A program made the position numbers and the translations under genes. Below, in pieces: positions 56,104-58,269 of a stretch of 58,269 nt of DNA; the first letter of the stretch is position 1, and every line of letters starts with the position of its first letter. Source of the DNA: Candidatus Falkowbacteria bacterium RIFOXYA2_FULL_38_12 (GTDB lineage Bacteria > Patescibacteriota > Patescibacteriia > XYB2-FULL-38-15); contig MFGA01000002.1 of NCBI GenBank assembly GCA_001778095.1, forward strand, positions 48,827 to 107,095. The letters are read 5' to 3'. The notes under the pieces are model-generated. The model did no database searches. It was given only the letters and a program-made list of their open reading frames with translations, and was not told where the DNA came from.

Positions 56104-57843
56104 ATGAATAATGAAAAAATCGCTAAAATTTTCCGCGAGATAGCCGCCTTCTACGAAATGAAAGACGTACCCTTTAAACCGCGCGCTTACGAAAGAGCAG
56201 CAGAGGGCATTGAAGAACTAAACCAAGATATTTTGGATATTTATAAACGTGGCGGACTAGAGGAACTTAAAAAAGAAATCCCCGGAGCGGGAAAAAATTT
56301 AGCCTTGCATCTTGAGGAATTTATTAAAACCGGCAAATTAAAACTCTACGAAAAATTAAAGAAAAAAATCCCCGTTAATCTTGAGGAGCTTCTTGCGATT
56401 GAAGGCATTGGCCCAAAAACAATTTTCAGTTTGTATAAAAAATTAAAAATCAAAGACGCTAAAGATCTTGAGGCCTCCGCCCTGGCCGGAAAAATATCAA
56501 AATTACCAAATTTTGGAAAACAAAGCGAAGACAAAATCTTAAAAAGCATAGAATTTTCCAAAAAAAATACCGGGCGCTTTTTACTCGGGCATGCTTTGCC
56601 AATAGTCCAAAAAATTGAAGACCGGCTCAAAAAAATACCGGGCGTAAGTAAGGTTACAACGGCCGGATCAATAAGACGGATGCAAGAAACTGTCGGCGAT
56701 ATTGATACTTTAGTCACTGCTCGCCATCCCGAAAAAGTTATGGAAGAATTTGTCGCTATGCCGGAAGTAATTGAGGTCATTGCTCGCGGACCGACGAAAA
56801 CTTCTGTCCGTTTAAATCTGGGAATCAACGCCGACATCAGGGTTGTCGCCTCGGAATCATTCGGCGCGGCTTTACAATATTTTACCGGAGACAAAAACCA
56901 TAATATTGAATTGAGAAAAATAGCCATTGAGAAAGGTTTTAAACTTAACGAGTATGGGCTATTCTCCGCCAAAAATGAAAAAAAACTAGTTGGAAAAACC
57001 GAAGGAGAAATCTACAAAAAATTGGGAATGGAGTGGATGCCCCCGGAATTACGCTCTGGCTCCGGAGAAATAGAAGCGGCGCAAAATAAAACTCTTCCAA
57101 AAATAATTGGCTATAAAGACATCAAAGGCGACTTGCATCTGCACTCAAACTACAGCGATGGCATAAATTCAATTGAAGAAATAGCGCTTGCCGGAAAAAA
57201 ATTAGGCTACGACTACTTGGCAATATCCGATCATGTCGGATCGCTAGCCATTGCCAACGCCATGGATGAAGAAAAATTGTTAAAACAAATTATAGAAATT
57301 GATAAATTGAACGCGGAGTTGAAAAGAAAAAAAATCAATATAAAAATTTTAAAGAGTGCCGAGACAAATATAAAAAAAGATGGGAGTATTGATCTATCTG
57401 AAAAACTTTTATCCAAGTTGGATCTTGTTATCGCTTCCGTCCATAGCCACTTTAATCTTAGCGAGGAAGAAATGACGGAAAGGATAATAAAAGCGATTAA
57501 AAATCCCCATGTAAATATTATTGGCCATCCGACCGGAAGAATTATCGCCAAGCGCCCCGCTTATAAAATAAACTTGGAGAAAATTATAAAAACAGCCAAA
57601 GAATATAAGGTCGCCCTTGAAATAAATTCATATTTTACAAGACTTGATCTCTCTGATACCGATATTAAAAAAGTTGTAGAGCTGGACGCGAAAATGGTTA
57701 TCAATACCGATTCCCACAGCTCAAACCAGCTGGAAATGATAAAATTTGGCGTTGCCGAAGCCCGTCGCGGCTGGGCGGAAAAGAAAAATGTTTTAAATAC
57801 TTGGTCGCTCCAGAAGATGCTTGATTGGTTTATAAGGAAGTGA
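56104..57843 (+). CDS. polX: DNA polymerase X family protein with a C-terminal PHP domain (PolX)
   Basis: HhH motifs, the nucleotidyltransferase block GSIRRMQETVGDIDTLV, then the PHP motifs GDLHLHSNYSDG and NTDSH. Confidence 0.9.
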   Translation: MNNEKIAKIFREIAAFYEMKDVPFKPRAYERAAEGIEELNQDILDIYKRGGLEELKKEIPGAGKNLALHLEEFIKTGKLKLYEKLKKKIPVNLEELLAIEGIGPKTIFSLYKKLKIKDAKDLEASALAGKISKLPNFGKQSEDKILKSIEFSKKNTGRFLLGHALPIVQKIEDRLKKIPGVSKVTTAGSIRRMQETVGDIDTLVTARHPEKVMEEFVAMPEVIEVIARGPTKTSVRLNLGINADIRVVASESFGAALQYFTGDKNHNIELRKIAIEKGFKLNEYGLFSAKNEKKLVGKTEGEIYKKLGMEWMPPELRSGSGEIEAAQNKTLPKIIGYKDIKGDLHLHSNYSDGINSIEEIALAGKKLGYDYLAISDHVGSLAIANAMDEEKLLKQIIEIDKLNAELKRKKINIKILKSAETNIKKDGSIDLSEKLLSKLDLVIASVHSHFNLSEEEMTERIIKAIKNPHVNIIGHPTGRIIAKRPAYKINLEKIIKTAKEYKVALEINSYFTRLDLSDTDIKKVVELDAKMVINTDSHSSNQLEMIKFGVAEARRGWAEKKNVLNTWSLQKMLDWFIRK

Positions 57844-57863
57844 TAAGATGACAAAAGAAATTT

Positions 57864-57946
57864 GCCCGGGTGGTGAAATGGTATACACGAGAGACTTAAA
57901 ATCTCTTGACCGTAAGGTCGTGCGGGTTCGAGTCCCGCCCTGGGCA
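57864..57946 (+). tRNA. tRNA-Leu (anticodon UAA), long variable arm, no encoded CCA
   Basis: Acceptor GCCCGGG/CCCTGGGC, anticodon stem-loop agaga-CTTAAAA-tctct. Confidence 0.9.
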
Positions 57947-57950
57947 TTTT

Positions 57951-58011
57951 GGAATAGCAGACTTTAGTCTGCGTCTTTGCAAAAGAGACGCGAACTGAAG
58001 TTCGCTACTCC
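57951..58011. repeat. 61-nt cloverleaf-forming repeat, copy 2
   Basis: ggaata-[gcagac ttta gtctgc]-[gtct...agac]-[gcgaac tgaa gttcgc]-tactcc. It begins 4 nt after tRNA-Leu(UAA). Confidence 0.6.
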
Positions 58012-58014
58012 GCC

Positions 58015-58046
58015 GCCCCCTTCAGCTTGACAAAGGGGGCTTTTTT
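58015..58046 (+). terminator. Intrinsic terminator
   Basis: gccccctt-cagcttgaca-aagggggc followed by tttttt. Confidence 0.8.
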
Positions 58047-58107
58047 GTGTTAAATAAAATATCTCGCGCGCATGGGGCCGCGAGCAAATTAGCAAAGGAG
58101 AACTACA

Positions 58108-58269
58108 ATGAGGTTTTTCTTGATGGCAGCTGCGTGCTGTCTCGTGGTGCTAACAACGAACTGCACCTCTAGCTTCTCCCTTCGGGGGAGTGAGGTGCAG
58201 TATCAAGACAATGGGCTGGGGAAAAACCAGCCCTTCGCAGTGGCAGGAGCGTATGCCACTGCGAAAAAC
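58108..58269 (+). CDS. 5' part of a small secreted/lipoprotein-like gene in G+C-rich sequence (runs off the window)
   Basis: AAAGGAG lies 9 nt upstream of the ATG. It reads MRFFLMAAACCLVVLTTNCTSSF..., which is signal-peptide-like. The frame is open to the window end. Confidence 0.45.
   Translation, partial: MRFFLMAAACCLVVLTTNCTSSFSLRGSEVQYQDNGLGKNQPFAVAGAYATAKN

Noticed and set aside
57561-57947. 128-aa minus-strand ORF
   Set aside because: It is antisense to the 3' end of polX, and its N-terminus is the translated tRNA-Leu(UAA).

Overview
This is a compact, AT-rich 58.3-kb bacterial chromosome segment that uses the standard code: TGA is a real stop (for example ruvA, and the trpS/phosphatase ATGA overlaps). 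Several traits together suggest a Candidate Phyla Radiation (Patescibacteria-like) genome, which is an inference. These are tight or overlapping genes, a DUF4012 plus glycosyltransferase envelope cluster, a T4SS-pilin-like gene and a lamin-tail-domain giant protein. Others are EndoQ, PolX, 23S insertions, a 23S-5S operon without 16S, many small palindromic intergenic repeats and a DGR-type reverse transcriptase.

Housekeeping genes I recognise:
- ileS, ruvA, a FemAB-like gene, trpS, RNase J, secG and a four-subunit 2-oxoacid:ferredoxin oxidoreductase (porGDAB)
- uvrA, rplS, gmk, an RluA-family pseudouridine synthase, cca, EndoQ, a GlmU-N-like nucleotidyltransferase, an SNase-like lipoprotein and PolX
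- RNA genes: rnpB, 5S, 23S and seven tRNAs (Ala-UGC, Arg-CCG, Leu-CAG, Ile-UAU, Leu-UAG, Gly-GCC, Leu-UAA)

Most interesting observations:
1. A partial diversity-generating retroelement lies at the left edge. The RT 3' end faces a gene whose last 44 codons are GC-rich and adenine-depleted.
2. A SIR2-like/NUDIX/unknown three-gene operon sits inside the glycosyltransferase cluster. A promoter-to-terminator structured small-RNA candidate converges on it.
3. The por operon is split between its alpha and beta subunits by a palindromic repeat plus a pilin-like, Cys-rich secreted-protein gene.
4. There are several families of structured intergenic repeats and two ~170-nt rod-like hairpins.
5. G+C-rich islets encoding small secreted proteins lie downstream of tRNA genes.
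6. A 30-aa lysine-rich microprotein gene is absent from the ORF track.

No CRISPR array, transposase or integrase was seen. All family assignments come from motifs read by eye; no searches or folding programs were run.
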